Shown: one piece after another, positions 1 through 10,617 of the stretch
How the letters are laid out: the number at the start of each line of letters is the position of its first letter
How positions within the stretch are numbered: position 1 is the first letter of the stretch
From: Candidatus Limnocylindrales bacterium
GTDB taxonomy: Bacteria > Acidobacteriota > Terriglobia > Acidiferrales > UBA7541
Length of the DNA stretch: 63,812 nucleotides
Assembly: GCA_035533415.1 (NCBI GenBank)
Contig: DATLTU010000014.1
Coordinates: 1-63,812, forward strand
Direction: 5' to 3'
Made by a program: the position numbers and the translations under genes
Notes under the pieces: generated by a model
Databases searched by the model: none
The model's input: the letters and a program-made list of their open reading frames with translations, nothing else
What the model was told of the DNA's origin: nothing

Positions 1-147
1 ATCTTTAGGCTTGGCACAATGACAGTAGGACTTACCGCAGCGATGAACGACGGCAGAAATGGAACCGGGGCGCAAATCACCCAAACTTAGGAACTGCTGC
101 AGAATCTTGGTTCGTTGGGCTTCCAGAGAATTCAAGAGATCCGACAT
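1..147 (-). CDS. 5' part of a small Cys-rich protein (resembles DUF6788-type proteins found next to integrases/transposases); runs off the left edge
   Basis: Not in the ORF track because it is truncated. Reverse translation from ATG (plus 'cat' 145-147) gives MSDLLNSLEAQRTKILQQFLSLGDLRPGSISAVVHRCGKSYCHCAKPKD. GGAGG (plus cctcc 154-158) lies 6 nt upstream. The family assignment is from memory of the 'GS(I/L)..RxCGKxxCHCA' pattern. Confidence 0.45.
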   Translation of the reverse strand, partial: MSDLLNSLEAQRTKILQQFLSLGDLRPGSISAVVHRCGKSYCHCAKPKD

Positions 148-157
148 GAGGTGCCTC

Positions 158-189
158 CAATACTGAGTTACTACAGATACTCAGTATTG
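158..189. repeat. Perfect 11-bp inverted repeat (CAATACTGAGT / ACTCAGTATTG) with a 10-nt spacer, immediately upstream of the RBS of the truncated edge gene; candidate operator or element end
   Basis: Read directly: arms at 158-168 and 179-189 are exact reverse complements. Confidence 0.6.
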
Positions 190-563
190 TGACAAAAACC
201 ACGCCCTCACGCAATCTTCCACCTCCAGGTCGCACACCCAGATGAAAACCGCCAAGAAAAACACGGGGCCGTTCGTGATAAAGTACCAGAACTAGCAACG
301 TCACGAATGATAATACAATAATGACCAATGCCAAAACCTGGGCGGAGCAATGGGATCTTGCCTTCGACAGTGGGTCGGGGGGTTATATCTCACCGGGCAA
401 CCGAGGGAGCTGTAGTAAAAACGTAGTATGAATCCTAGGAAGCCATGCTAAATGGCCGATAAAAAGCAAAAAATACAGGAGAAAACGGTTTGCTCGATTT
501 GTCACAACTTGCCATTTTTCAGCGGGTTGCGTAGGCTCCGGCAAGATTTAGTAAATTTGCTTC

Positions 564-607
564 CCCGCTTCGAAGGCAGATGCTCTATCCAGCTGAGCTA
601 CGGGCGC
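564..607 (-). pseudogene. Orphan 5' half of a tRNA-Arg (anticodon UCG); the 3' half is missing
   Basis: The minus strand reads GCGCCCG-TA-GCTC-AGCTGGATA-GAGC-A-TCTGC-CTTCGAA-GCGGG (acceptor, D-arm, anticodon arm with TCG). The following sequence (GAAGCAAATTTACTAAATCTTGCC...) has no T-arm and no CGGGCGC acceptor complement. Confidence 0.6.
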
Positions 608-766
608 GTTGCGAGCCTATTCTACCGCGCACGGGCGTGCCGCTCAATGCGAGGAAACCGTGCTCTTTGGATGGCATCGTCGCTGTCGCGTTAGACATTA
701 TTTTTCACTTGGTGCTGATTGGATTTTCGAGCAGCAGTGCCGAATCGGCAGCCGCTCAGCTTCCGA

Positions 767-1504
767 TCATCCGAACCGAGTCTTCAAAAAAACTTCGGGG
801 TCTTCCACAAGCAGCGGGCTGCGCGAACGGAATGCCTCGGCGTACTGCACCCCGACAAGGCTGCCCACGTAGCGATCCTCGGCATTGTACTTGTCGAGTA
901 GCGTGGCTTGGGCCCCGCTAAATACCGATTCGTAAGCGCGGACCGCCGCCATTTTCACGTCGTATGCGTCGCTGACATCCACCGCGAAGTCGAATCGGTC
1001 CCACGCTGGTTCCATGCGGCAGTGCCCGAAGAAAAGCCGGTCGATCTCGTGCGGCTTGCTGTCCTTCAAATCCTCGCCGGTAAGGACTTCATTCCATTTC
1101 GGAAGGCGGGAATAAAACACGCCATGGATGACGATGTCAGTAACAGCTTTGTGGTCCGGATGGACGCCCGAGCCGGCGGTTGTGTAGACGATTCGTGGCC
1201 GATATTTCCGCAGCAGCCCAGCGACTTGGAGGCGAGCTTCAATTGTGTCGGCGATCAAGCGATCCTGCAGCGTCAATGTTGTGCGCTCAACTCCGAGAAT
1301 CTTGGCGGCCTTCGCCGCCTGCGCGTGGCGCTCTCCGTGTGCGGCATGCCTCGCCGGTTCGCCCTCGCATAGATCGACGAAGAGAACCGAGAGACCCTTC
1401 CGCACAAGCTTGACGGCTGTGCCGCCCATAACGACCTCGAGATCGTCGGGATGCGCGCCAAACGCGATAACGTCGTACTGTCGATCCGATGGACCTTGCG
1501 TCAT
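767..1504 (-). CDS. PIG-L/LmbE family N-acetylglucosaminyl deacetylase (BshB-like)
   Basis: 245-aa ORF. It carries 'AFGAHPDDLEVVMGG' near the N-terminus and 'VHPDH', the zinc-ligand motifs of the LmbE fold. Confidence 0.8.
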   Translation of the reverse strand: MTQGPSDRQYDVIAFGAHPDDLEVVMGGTAVKLVRKGLSVLFVDLCEGEPARHAAHGERHAQAAKAAKILGVERTTLTLQDRLIADTIEARLQVAGLLRKYRPRIVYTTAGSGVHPDHKAVTDIVIHGVFYSRLPKWNEVLTGEDLKDSKPHEIDRLFFGHCRMEPAWDRFDFAVDVSDAYDVKMAAVRAYESVFSGAQATLLDKYNAEDRYVGSLVGVQYAEAFRSRSPLLVEDPEVFLKTRFG

Positions 1505-1541
1505 TCGATACTTGTGCCCTTAACGAGAGCCGCAAACACGC

Positions 1542-1961
1542 CTAACGAGCCGGCGGTGGAGCTACACGATCCAAAGCTCGGCGCAGTTTTTCGTTCACTT
1601 GGCGCGCCAGTTCTTCCAATTCAGGACGATCCGCTACTGCAAGCATTTTCATGGGATTCACTGCCCCGACACAAACCTTGCCGCCGTGTTCATATACTAC
1701 GGCGTTGCACGGCAGCAGTAATCCGAGGTTGATGTCTTTTTGGAGAGCTTCGTACGCGAGGGGCGGATTGCACGCTCCGAGGATGACGTACCCGGGGAAA
1801 TCAATCCCGAGTTTTTCCTTCAGTTTGGCCTGGATATCAATTCGGCAGAGGACGCCGAAGCCCTCATTTTTCAGCGCCTCGTCGACCTGCGCGACCGCTT
1901 CGTCGAAAGGCAAGTTCGTTGTGCGCACGTCACCGTATTCGTTTGCATCGGAAGATTGCAT
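1542..1961 (-). CDS. DUF302 domain protein
   Basis: 139 aa. 'GFGVLCRIDIQAKLKEKLGIDFPGYVILGACNPPLAYEAL' matches the DUF302 core pattern. Confidence 0.7.
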   Translation of the reverse strand: MQSSDANEYGDVRTTNLPFDEAVAQVDEALKNEGFGVLCRIDIQAKLKEKLGIDFPGYVILGACNPPLAYEALQKDINLGLLLPCNAVVYEHGGKVCVGAVNPMKMLAVADRPELEELARQVNEKLRRALDRVAPPPAR

Positions 1962-2581
1962 TGTCCTCTCCTACTTTCGCACAGCCGGTTTACTCAGCTG
2001 GTTTCCCTCCGGCTCACATTCCTGGTTTGTTGTAGGGCTCCGTCGCTCCGCGACGTTGCAGCGTCCGGACATTCAGGTTGGAACGCCCAGCCGCGGCAGC
2101 ACCCACCTCATGAGGACAACATAGGCCAGGACGAAAATACCCAGTTCCACCAAGTTAATCATGCGGCGGTCTCGCCTCCTCCCGGAAATATCGGCACGCC
2201 ATGACTTTCGATGCGAAGTGCGGCAGCCTGTCTGTGATCACGTTCGCCTCCCATATGAGGATATACCACGCCCGCCCTGAGTGCATGATCACACCCCCGA
2301 AATGAGCCAGTGAAAAAACATCCGCCATGTGCCAACATTGTTCCGGCGTCGCGCATGTTACTGTTGCCAGTTCGAGTCTGAATCTAGCCTCCTGTCCGAA
2401 GCCATTTGAATAAATGCAATCGCGACGGTCCTGTTACAGGAAAATTCGTGGTGGTAGCCTGCTTCAAACGCTCTACTGGGAGTCAGTTTTTCGATTCGGA
2501 ACTCAGTTGCAGCTTGCGGCAAACCGCGTATAAGAGCATGCGCTTGGATGGCTTTGTCGACTTATAATCCCTTGGCTTCTG

Positions 2582-4927
2582 GTGAACATGAACGATTCGA
2601 TTAGTACCCAAACGATTCCAGCCGGTCTCACGACAGACGAAGCACGCGAGCGGCTGCTGAAATTCGGTCCCAACCGCGTACCTGAAGAGCACCGCCGTCC
2701 CCTGCTTGCGCTTCTCAGCAAATTCTGGGCGCCCGTGCCCTGGATGCTCGAAGCCACAATCGTGCTGGAACTTCTGCTGCGTAAGTTGGATGAGGCCGTC
2801 ATTATCGGGGCACTGCTGGTCTTCAACTCTATCCTTAGTTTTCTTCAGGAGAGCCAGGCCAATCGCGCCCTGGCTCTTTTGCGCAGCCGGCTCTCGGTTC
2901 AGGCCCGAGCGCTGCGCGACGGCCGCTGGCAGCTCATCCCATCCGAGGAACTGGTTCCTGGAGACGTTGTCTATCTTCGTTTGGGGGACCTCGCGCCTGC
3001 GGACGTTCGCCTCTTTGACGGTGCTGTGCTATCCGACGAATCGGAGCTGACTGGCGAATCATTGCCAGTAGAAAAGGGCACGGGATCGACCGTATACGCA
3101 GGCTCCCGGCTGAAGCGCGGCGAAGGGAGCGGTGAAGTCACGGCCACGGCGGAACACACGTACTTCGGCAAGACGGCCGAGCTTGTGAAAACGGCAAAAA
3201 CAGTGAGCCATCTGCAGGAAATCATCTTTGCCATCGTCAAATACCTCGTTATTTTGGACAGCGTTCTTGTTGGAGCACTGCTGGTGTACGCAGCCATCGC
3301 GCACCTTGCCTGGTCGGAAATCCTTCCATTTGCGTTGATTCTTCTGGTCGCCTCGGTGCCCGTAGCTTTGCCAGCAACTTTCACCGTGGCAACGGCGGTG
3401 GGAGCGCTCGATATGTCGCGTCGAGGCGTGCTTGTGACGCGGCTTTCTGCCGTCGAGGAAGCAGCGGCAATGGATGTGCTGTGCACGGATAAGACCGGAA
3501 CGATCACGCAGAACCGGCTCGCGCTATCGCAACTCTGCCCTCTTGGAGGACGATCCGCTGAGGAACTGCTGCGTTTGGCCGCTCTGGCATCGGACGCAGC
3601 GACACAGGATCCAATCGACATGGCGATCCTCGAAGCGGCACACGCGAAGAACGTATTGGAAGAGGTTCCGCGCCGGACGCAATTCATTCCATTCGATCCG
3701 GCAACCAAGCGATCCGAAGCAGTCTACGTGCGATCGGCTGGCGTTTTGCGCGTTGTCAAGGGAGCACCGGATGCGGTAAGCCGTCTCGTCACGAACGCCA
3801 GCAGCATTGACGGCGAGGTAGAACGCTTAGGCGCGTACGGCGCGCGGGTGCTGGCCGTGGCCGCCGGTACGGATAGCTCACTACAACTGGCGGGATTGAT
3901 TGCCCTGGAAGACCAGCTCCGAGAAGACTCGAAGGCGCTCGTGCAGGACCTTCACAGCCTAGGCGTGCGCGTCATCATGGTGACGGGAGATGGTTTGACG
4001 ACGGCTCGCGCCGTTTCAGAACAAGTGGGTATCGGCAGTCGGGTCGGCTCCGCGGAAGCGCTGCGCAATGGGACCGCCGAAGCGGTGGAGAATTGCGATG
4101 TGTTCGCAGGAGTTTTTCCGGAAGACAAGTTCCGACTGGTGGAAGCGCTCCAGCGCGATGGGCACGTCGTGGGAATGACAGGTGACGGCGTGAACGATGC
4201 CCCGGCACTGAAGCAGGCCGAAGCTGGCATCGCGGTTTCCACGGCAACGGATGTGGCCAAAGCCGCGGCAAGCGTCGTGCTGACCACCAGCGGCCTGGCG
4301 GGCGTGGTTGACGCCATCGAGACCGGCCGGAAAATTTATCAGCGAATGCTGACATACACACTCAACAAGATTATTAAGACGCTCGAAATCGGCGTTTTTC
4401 TGAGTCTCGGGGTGATGCTCACGGGCACGTTCGTCATCACGCCGCTGCTGGTCGTTCTCCTCCTGTTCACCAACGATTTCGTCACCATGTCGATCGCCAC
4501 GGATCGCGTGTCATTTTCTCCGCAGCCTGACCGGTGGAACGTTCGTACTCTGATGATCACCGCGGGCGTGCTAGCCACGGTGATTTTGGTCCTTTCGTTT
4601 GCGGTCTTCTTTGCTGGACGGGACTTTCTTCATCTTCCGCTCGCCCAGCTTCAGACTCTGGTCTTCGTTATGCTCGTCTTCACCGGACAGGGAAATGTGT
4701 ATCTGGTGCGTGAGAGGAATCGCCTATGGCATTCCCGGCCGAGCCGGTGGCTGATGCTAAGTTCCGTTGCGGATGTGATTGTCGTCAGCGTGATGGCAAC
4801 GAAGGGAATCTTGATGATGGCCATCCCCTTCGATCTGATTGCTTATTTGCTTCTGGTCGTGCTCGTTTTCTTGCTTCTCGTTGATGGTCTGAAAGTCCGA
4901 ATCTTCCGGCACTTCGGCGTTCGATAA
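2582..4927 (+). CDS. P-type ATPase, plasma-membrane H+/Mg2+-type (P3A-like, HAD-IC)
   Basis: 781 aa. Motifs: 'LTGESLPV' (TGES), 'CTDKTGTITQNRL' (phosphorylation site), 'KGAPD', 'MVTGDG', 'GDGVNDAPALKQAEAGIAV'. There are 8-10 hydrophobic segments and no heavy-metal CPx motif. Confidence 0.85.
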   Translation: MNMNDSISTQTIPAGLTTDEARERLLKFGPNRVPEEHRRPLLALLSKFWAPVPWMLEATIVLELLLRKLDEAVIIGALLVFNSILSFLQESQANRALALLRSRLSVQARALRDGRWQLIPSEELVPGDVVYLRLGDLAPADVRLFDGAVLSDESELTGESLPVEKGTGSTVYAGSRLKRGEGSGEVTATAEHTYFGKTAELVKTAKTVSHLQEIIFAIVKYLVILDSVLVGALLVYAAIAHLAWSEILPFALILLVASVPVALPATFTVATAVGALDMSRRGVLVTRLSAVEEAAAMDVLCTDKTGTITQNRLALSQLCPLGGRSAEELLRLAALASDAATQDPIDMAILEAAHAKNVLEEVPRRTQFIPFDPATKRSEAVYVRSAGVLRVVKGAPDAVSRLVTNASSIDGEVERLGAYGARVLAVAAGTDSSLQLAGLIALEDQLREDSKALVQDLHSLGVRVIMVTGDGLTTARAVSEQVGIGSRVGSAEALRNGTAEAVENCDVFAGVFPEDKFRLVEALQRDGHVVGMTGDGVNDAPALKQAEAGIAVSTATDVAKAAASVVLTTSGLAGVVDAIETGRKIYQRMLTYTLNKIIKTLEIGVFLSLGVMLTGTFVITPLLVVLLLFTNDFVTMSIATDRVSFSPQPDRWNVRTLMITAGVLATVILVLSFAVFFAGRDFLHLPLAQLQTLVFVMLVFTGQGNVYLVRERNRLWHSRPSRWLMLSSVADVIVVSVMATKGILMMAIPFDLIAYLLLVVLVFLLLVDGLKVRIFRHFGVR

Positions 4928-5046
4928 AAAGAAACAGGGAGATTGGCGGTCAGCGCCGCGGGGAAGGGACGCTCCCGAGGCGAAAATCGGACGCCCGAGT
5001 CTTCGATCTTTGTTCCAGATCTACGGTGACGCTCATCACCCACGAG

Positions 5047-5062
5047 CGTGATTGTAATCACT
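5047..5062. promoter_or_regulatory. CRP/FNR-like palindrome CGTGA-TTGTAA-TCACT (GTGA-N6-TCAC core)
   Basis: Read directly. It is part of the 14-bp perfect palindrome GTGATTGTAATCAC, in the 430-bp gap between the two ATPase genes and about 300 bp upstream of 5358. Confidence 0.4.
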
Positions 5063-5357
5063 CGGCGGCGGACGTCACGGGGAGCATAGTTTCCGCAGGT
5101 TCTAGTCGATAGAACTCATTGCGCGCCTATCTTTATGAGAAAATCGGTGAGGTACAGCCTTGGAAGGGTAGCTCCTCAGCGGTTGGTGGCCGATGAACTG
5201 CACTGATGCAATCTCGGATCTGAACGGAACTATATCGCCGTGCTTCCAATTCTAGTTCTCAACCTCATTGACCTGTCGACGAGGATTGATCGGTGCGTGC
5301 TCTTCTTGGCGAGGGAAGTAGGCAATTGCCGCGCAAGCCTGTCTTGTCGGGAGCCTC

Positions 5358-7268
5358 ATGATGGCGGGCAATAAAATGCAGGGATTGTTCGCCCGAATTG
5401 CCGATTGGACAATGAGCTTCAAAGCGGTCAAGAAATTTTCTATTCTGGTGGCTCCGAACTCGATTGCCATCCTGGCGATGGCAGGCATTCTCCTGCATTT
5501 GGTTCTTCGATACATCGCGCATGTTCCAAGGATTGCCTGGCAGAGCCCCTTATTTGTGGTCCTCGTATTCGGAGGCGTACCGCTCATTGTGCCGCTGACG
5601 CGCAAGGCGCTGGCGGGCGAATTCGGCGCGGACCACCTTGCGGGAATCTCAATCGTCACATCTGTCCTTCTCGCGGAATACCTGGTAGGGACGATCGTGA
5701 TTCTGATGCTTTCCGGCGGAACGGCTCTGGAGCAATTCGCAAGCCGTCGAGCGTCTTCGGTTCTGGATGCGTTGGCGAAGCGCATGCCTCAAACGGCGCA
5801 CCGTAAGATCGGCGCCACCATATCCGACGTGAAGCTTGCAGAAATAGCCATCGGAGACACGCTCGCTGTTTTTCCCCATGAAGTATGCCCAGTCGATGGA
5901 ACAGTCATCGAGGGCCACGGGAAAATGAATGAAGCCTATCTCACCGGTGAACCGTTCGAGATTGCCAAAACCCCCGGTTCGGAAGTTATTTCCGGCGCGA
6001 TTAATGGCGATATGGCTTTGAACATTCGCGCCGAAAAGTTGCCGATCGATTCCCGCTACGCGAGGATCATGCGCGTGATGCAAGAAACGGAACGGCGGCG
6101 TCCGCACTTGCGCCGGCTCGGGGATAAGCTTGGCGCATGGTATACGCCTGTCGCGCTGGCGCTTGCCGCAGTCGCTTGGGCCGCAACGGGCGAATCGCAT
6201 CGGTTTCTGGCCGTTCTGGTTGTTGCGACGCCGTGTCCTCTTCTTATCGGCATTCCCGTCGCTGTGATTGGCGCTATTTCCCTTTCCGCGCGACGCGGCA
6301 TCATCATCAAGAACCCGGCTGTACTGGAACAGATCGGCCGGTGCCAAACGCTGATCTTCGATAAGACAGGAACGCTGACGTACGGAAAACCATCACTGTC
6401 CGAGATTGTTTGCGCACCGGGCTTCGAACGAAACGCGATCTTGCAGTTGGCCGCGAGTCTTGAGCGTTACTCGAAACACCCGCTCTCCAGCGCCATTTTG
6501 GAAGCAGCCGAAAACGCCAATCTCCCCACGCAGCCCGCCTCAGAGATCAGTGAACGCCCCGGCGAAGGACTGCGAGGAATTGTGGGAGATACGAGCGTGC
6601 GGATTACGGGTCGTGGAAAGGTTGCCGGCCTGAATGTTGTTCTGCCGCTCGCCGCGCCGGGGCTGGAATGCCTCGTGTTTCTAAACGACGCGTATGCCGC
6701 TCTGTTTCGATTTCACGATGCTCCGCGAAGCGACAGTCTGCAATTCATCCGGCATCTGAGACCGCATCATGACGTGAGTCGAATCTTGATTGTTTCTGGA
6801 GACCGCGACAGGGAAGTCCGTGATCTCGCAAAACAGGTCGGCATCAAGGAGATTTATGCGGCAAAGAGCCCCGAAGAAAAAGTCGAAATCGTGCGGGCCG
6901 AGACGAGCCAGCGTCCAACATTATTTCTGGGAGATGGCATCAACGACGCCCCGGCAATGCAGGCAGCCACAGTGGGTGTGGCATTCGGAGTAAAAAGTGA
7001 CATCACATCCGAGGCTGCCGATGCGGTGATCCTCGAAACTTCCCTCAGCCGAGTAGACGAACTGATGCATATCAGCCGCCGCATGCGCCGGATTGCGCTT
7101 CAAACCGCCGTCGGTGGCATGGCTCTCAGCATTATCGGGATGTTCGCTGCGGCGTTCGGGTACTTGCCGCCGATCGACGGCGCCATTGCGCAGGAGATTA
7201 TTGACCTTGCGGCGGTGCTGAACGCCGTGCGCGTTGCTTTACCCACCTCGGCCCTGACTGACTTCTGA
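5358..7268 (+). CDS. Heavy-metal P1B-type ATPase with a 'TPCP' transmembrane motif (P1B-5-like); no N-terminal HMA domain
   Basis: 636 aa. Motifs: 'TGEPFE', 'VVATPCPLLIG', 'FDKTGTLTYG', 'VSGD', 'GDGINDAPAM'. The N-terminus goes directly into TM helices with no CxxC metal-binding domain. Confidence 0.8.
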   Translation: MMAGNKMQGLFARIADWTMSFKAVKKFSILVAPNSIAILAMAGILLHLVLRYIAHVPRIAWQSPLFVVLVFGGVPLIVPLTRKALAGEFGADHLAGISIVTSVLLAEYLVGTIVILMLSGGTALEQFASRRASSVLDALAKRMPQTAHRKIGATISDVKLAEIAIGDTLAVFPHEVCPVDGTVIEGHGKMNEAYLTGEPFEIAKTPGSEVISGAINGDMALNIRAEKLPIDSRYARIMRVMQETERRRPHLRRLGDKLGAWYTPVALALAAVAWAATGESHRFLAVLVVATPCPLLIGIPVAVIGAISLSARRGIIIKNPAVLEQIGRCQTLIFDKTGTLTYGKPSLSEIVCAPGFERNAILQLAASLERYSKHPLSSAILEAAENANLPTQPASEISERPGEGLRGIVGDTSVRITGRGKVAGLNVVLPLAAPGLECLVFLNDAYAALFRFHDAPRSDSLQFIRHLRPHHDVSRILIVSGDRDREVRDLAKQVGIKEIYAAKSPEEKVEIVRAETSQRPTLFLGDGINDAPAMQAATVGVAFGVKSDITSEAADAVILETSLSRVDELMHISRRMRRIALQTAVGGMALSIIGMFAAAFGYLPPIDGAIAQEIIDLAAVLNAVRVALPTSALTDF

Positions 7269-7413
7269 GCGCCAGCGCTTTGAGCCGAGCATCCTTCCCC
7301 GAGAATTCGCGCGTGCGAACGCCCAAGGTCCGATTGCGGCCATCGCTTTTCCTGCCTCGATAGCAACCTACAAACGCGATGGTCCAGCGGTCTCGAATTT
7401 TCATCGTCCCTGG

Positions 7414-10400
7414 TTACGAAGATGTTGACAGAGGCATCTTATGTCTCCGCTCGATCATATAGTAGAGCAGCGGAACGGTCAGGAACGAGAGCATCGCGGA
7501 CACAAGTCCGCCCGCCATTAGGGAGATGGCCAGGCCCTGGAAAATCGGATCAAACAGAATGGGGCTCGCGCCCACAACCACGGCCAGCGCGGTCAGCATC
7601 ACGGGCCGGAACCGCACCGCACCCGCATCCACCACCGCTTCTTCCAGCGGTATTCCCTCTGCAAGGCGCAGCTGGATGAAGTCCACCAAAATAATCGAAT
7701 TGCGCACGATGATGCCTGCGCCGGCAATAAAACCGATCATGGAAGTGGCCGTGAAGAACGCGCCGGCCAGAGCGTGCGCGGGCAGAATGCCGATCAGCGT
7801 AAGCGGAATCGGAGCCATGATCACAAGAGGTGTGGTGTAAGACTCAAACCAGCCCACCACGAGGACGTAAATCAGCAACAACACCGCGGCGAACGCCAAT
7901 CCCAAATCGCGGAACACTTCATAGGTGATGTGCCATTCGCCGTCCCAGGTGACCGCCAGTTTGTTGGTTGAAGGAGGAGGTCCCGTGTAGTACTGCGTGA
8001 CTCCGTAGCCTTCCGGAAGTTTCAGCGCCGCAATTTTTTGCTTCAGCTTCAGAATGGCATAGACCGGGCTTTCTTCGCCGCCGGCCACATCCCCGGTCAC
8101 GTAGACCACGGAACGCAGATTCTTCCGGTAAATGTCTTTATCCACGAGCGAATGGTCCACGCGGACAACTGCTCCCAACGGGACCATCTGGCCATTGGGG
8201 GAGTTCAAGTAAACCCCGCGCAGGGCGTCCTCATTCGACCGGCTCGCTCGCGCCAGTTGGATGTGTATCGGCACATCCTCACGACTGTCGGGCAAGTGCA
8301 TCAGGCCCACATTGTCTCCGCCGAGCGCAATCGCTAGGGACTCGGAGGCGTCTGCGGCGGAAATACCCAGCAGTGCTGCTTTATCCTGCTCGACTTTGAA
8401 ATCGAGTTTTTTCTGATTGGCGTTGACGAGCCAGTCGACGTCGACGACGCCCGGAGTTTGCTGAAAGAGCTGGCGGATCTGGCGAGCCAGAGCAATTTGC
8501 TGCGGATATGAGGGGCCGTAGACTTCCGCGACAAGCGTCGCGAGAACGGGCGGGCCGGGAGGAACCTCGGCAATCTTCACGCGCGCGTTCCAGCGCTGCG
8601 CGATTTCGTCAATTGGGCCGCGCATCTCGAGGGCAATCGGGTGGCTTTGTTCGCTCCGCTTCGAAATGGGGAGAAGATTGACCTGAATATCCCCCTGGTA
8701 GGGCGCCCGGCGCAGATAGTAATGCCGCACCAGACCATTGAAATTGTACGGGCTAGAGGTACCGGCGTAAATTTGGTAATTCTCGACCAGCGGCTGCGTG
8801 TGGAGATAGCGGCCAATTTCTTGTTCGACGGCCAGTGTGCGTTCAAGGGGCGTGCCGGCCGGCATGTCCACCACCACTTGAAACTCGCTCTTGTTATCAA
8901 AGGGAAGCATCTTCACCAGCACGAGCTTGAGCGGCACCAGCAGGCACGCTGCCAGCAGCAGAGCGGCGACGCCGCCGAGAAAAATCCAACGGTGCCGCGT
9001 GCTAGCAACTAGCGGCGTGATGATTCGGCGGAAGAGCCGCCGGGTCCATCCCTGACTCTCATCCGCGGGTGCAGCGGCAGCCGCATGGCGTCCCAAGAGG
9101 TGCAGGGCCGCCCACGGCGAAACGATGAAAGCGATTGCCAGGGAAAACAGCATCGCTGCTGAAGCCCCCACCGGAATCGGCCGCATGTAGGGACCCATCA
9201 GGCCGCGGACGAAAGCCATCGGCAGAATCGCGGCGATCACCGCGAACGTCGCCAGAATGGTCGGGTTGCCCACCTCGTCCACGGCCTCGATCGCAACCTC
9301 GCTCAATGGCCGGCCTTGGTTCTCGGGCAGGCGGAAGTGGCGCACCACGTTCTCGACCACCACGATTGCGTCGTCCACCAAGATGCCGATGGAAAAGATC
9401 AGTGCGAACAACGTCACGCGGTTGAGCGTGTAACCGTGGAAGTAAAAGATGAACAGTGTCAGCGCCAGCGTCACGGGCACGGCCACCAGCACCACGCCGG
9501 ATTCGCGCCAGCCCAGCACCAGCGCCACCAGCAGTGTTACCGAGAGCGTTGCAAGAAGCAGGTGCTTGAGCAAGTCATTCGATTTCTGCTCGGCCGTCTT
9601 ACCGTAGTCCCGCGTAACCGTGATTCGCACATTATCCGGAATGACGATCCCGCGCAGCGAATCTACTTTGGCGATGACGTTCTGAGCGACGTCCGTGGCG
9701 TTCGTTCCCGGGCGCTTGGCCACGGCCAGCGTGACGGCGGGAGACTCATCGGAACTGGCATTCTTTGCGGCTGCGCCCAGACCAAAATAGACGTAATTCT
9801 GAGGCTCTTCCGCGCCGTCTTGCACATCTGCCACGTCTCCGAGATAAACGGGCTGTCCGCTGAACACTCCCACTACTAACTGCCGGACATCCTGGATGCT
9901 GCTGACGAAACTTCCAGCCTCAACAACAATCTCCTGGTTTTTCTCGGCAAACGAACCGGCGATTGTCCGCTGATTCGACACTTGAAACGCGCGGGCGATC
10001 GAGCCGGGGCTGAGGTGGTAGGCGGCCAGCCGTTGCGGGTTCAGCACCACACGCAGTTGGCGGCGATCACCGCCGATGATGGTCGTCTCGGAAACGTTGT
10101 TTACCTGCTTGACGGCGAGATTCACTTCTTCGACGATCTGGCGAAGCTGGTAAGCGTTGTCCCCGTGGCTCCAAAAGGTCAACGCAAGAATAGGCACGTG
10201 ATAGATGGACCGCACTTTGATGAGCGGCCGCGACGCGCCGGGTGGGATATGGTCGAAATTCGAATAGAGCTTGTTGTAGGTTCGAACGACGGCGTCGTTT
10301 TCGTTGACTCCCACATCGTACCGGACAGTCACCAGGGCGGAACCCGGCATGCTGGTCGAATAGACATATTTCGCATCCGGAATCTCCGCCAGCAGCTTTT

Positions 10401-10617
10401 CCATGGGAATGGATACGCGCTGTTCGACTTCTTGTGCCGATGCTCCGGGCATTGAGACGAAAATGTCCAGCATCGGAACCACGATCTGGGGATCCTCTTC
10501 GCGGGGTGTTTTCAGAATCGCGAACGCACCGAGCATAAGGGACGCGACGATCAAAAGCGGTGTCAGTCGCGAATTGATGAATGCCTGCGCAATTCTTCCC
10601 GCCAGGCCGCGCTTCAC
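7414..10617 (-). CDS. RND efflux permease, HAE1 (AcrB-like) type
   Basis: 1067 aa with the 12-TM/2 large loop layout. TM4 is '[14 protein letters not shown]' (the AcrB-type D-D pair, not the CzcA 'DFGIIVDGAVV'). The GTG start overlaps the upstream stop (GTGA at 10614-10617). Confidence 0.9.
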   Translation of the reverse strand: MKRGLAGRIAQAFINSRLTPLLIVASLMLGAFAILKTPREEDPQIVVPMLDIFVSMPGASAQEVEQRVSIPMEKLLAEIPDAKYVYSTSMPGSALVTVRYDVGVNENDAVVRTYNKLYSNFDHIPPGASRPLIKVRSIYHVPILALTFWSHGDNAYQLRQIVEEVNLAVKQVNNVSETTIIGGDRRQLRVVLNPQRLAAYHLSPGSIARAFQVSNQRTIAGSFAEKNQEIVVEAGSFVSSIQDVRQLVVGVFSGQPVYLGDVADVQDGAEEPQNYVYFGLGAAAKNASSDESPAVTLAVAKRPGTNATDVAQNVIAKVDSLRGIVIPDNVRITVTRDYGKTAEQKSNDLLKHLLLATLSVTLLVALVLGWRESGVVLVAVPVTLALTLFIFYFHGYTLNRVTLFALIFSIGILVDDAIVVVENVVRHFRLPENQGRPLSEVAIEAVDEVGNPTILATFAVIAAILPMAFVRGLMGPYMRPIPVGASAAMLFSLAIAFIVSPWAALHLLGRHAAAAAPADESQGWTRRLFRRIITPLVASTRHRWIFLGGVAALLLAACLLVPLKLVLVKMLPFDNKSEFQVVVDMPAGTPLERTLAVEQEIGRYLHTQPLVENYQIYAGTSSPYNFNGLVRHYYLRRAPYQGDIQVNLLPISKRSEQSHPIALEMRGPIDEIAQRWNARVKIAEVPPGPPVLATLVAEVYGPSYPQQIALARQIRQLFQQTPGVVDVDWLVNANQKKLDFKVEQDKAALLGISAADASESLAIALGGDNVGLMHLPDSREDVPIHIQLARASRSNEDALRGVYLNSPNGQMVPLGAVVRVDHSLVDKDIYRKNLRSVVYVTGDVAGGEESPVYAILKLKQKIAALKLPEGYGVTQYYTGPPPSTNKLAVTWDGEWHITYEVFRDLGLAFAAVLLLIYVLVVGWFESYTTPLVIMAPIPLTLIGILPAHALAGAFFTATSMIGFIAGAGIIVRNSIILVDFIQLRLAEGIPLEEAVVDAGAVRFRPVMLTALAVVVGASPILFDPIFQGLAISLMAGGLVSAMLSFLTVPLLYYMIERRHKMPLSTSS

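Noticed and set aside
77-334. An 85-aa minus-strand ORF at the left edge.
   Set aside because: It overlaps the better-supported DUF6788-like start (good RBS, recognisable motif) in another frame and has no features of its own.
452-694. An 80-aa ORF containing a 'CSICH' heme-like motif.
   Set aside because: It reads straight through the tRNA-Arg fragment on the opposite strand, has no signal peptide and no RBS. The CxxCH is most likely chance.
2073-2356. Two small minus-strand ORFs upstream of the DUF302 gene. One is a 29-aa hydrophobic peptide, MINLVELGIFVLAYVVLMRWVLPRLGVPT. The other is a 65-aa Cys/His-containing ORF ('HGGCFFTGSFRGCDH').
   Set aside because: The SD-like GGAGG is about 12 nt from the ATG of the small peptide, and I can name no family for either ORF. 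They may be real micro-proteins but are unsupported without conservation or Ribo-seq data.
2562-2567. A TATAAT hexamer 15-20 nt upstream of the first ATPase start, suggesting a near-leaderless transcript.
   Set aside because: No acceptable -35 element lies at 16-18 bp spacing (TTGGAT is only 13 bp away). A single hexamer is expected by chance.
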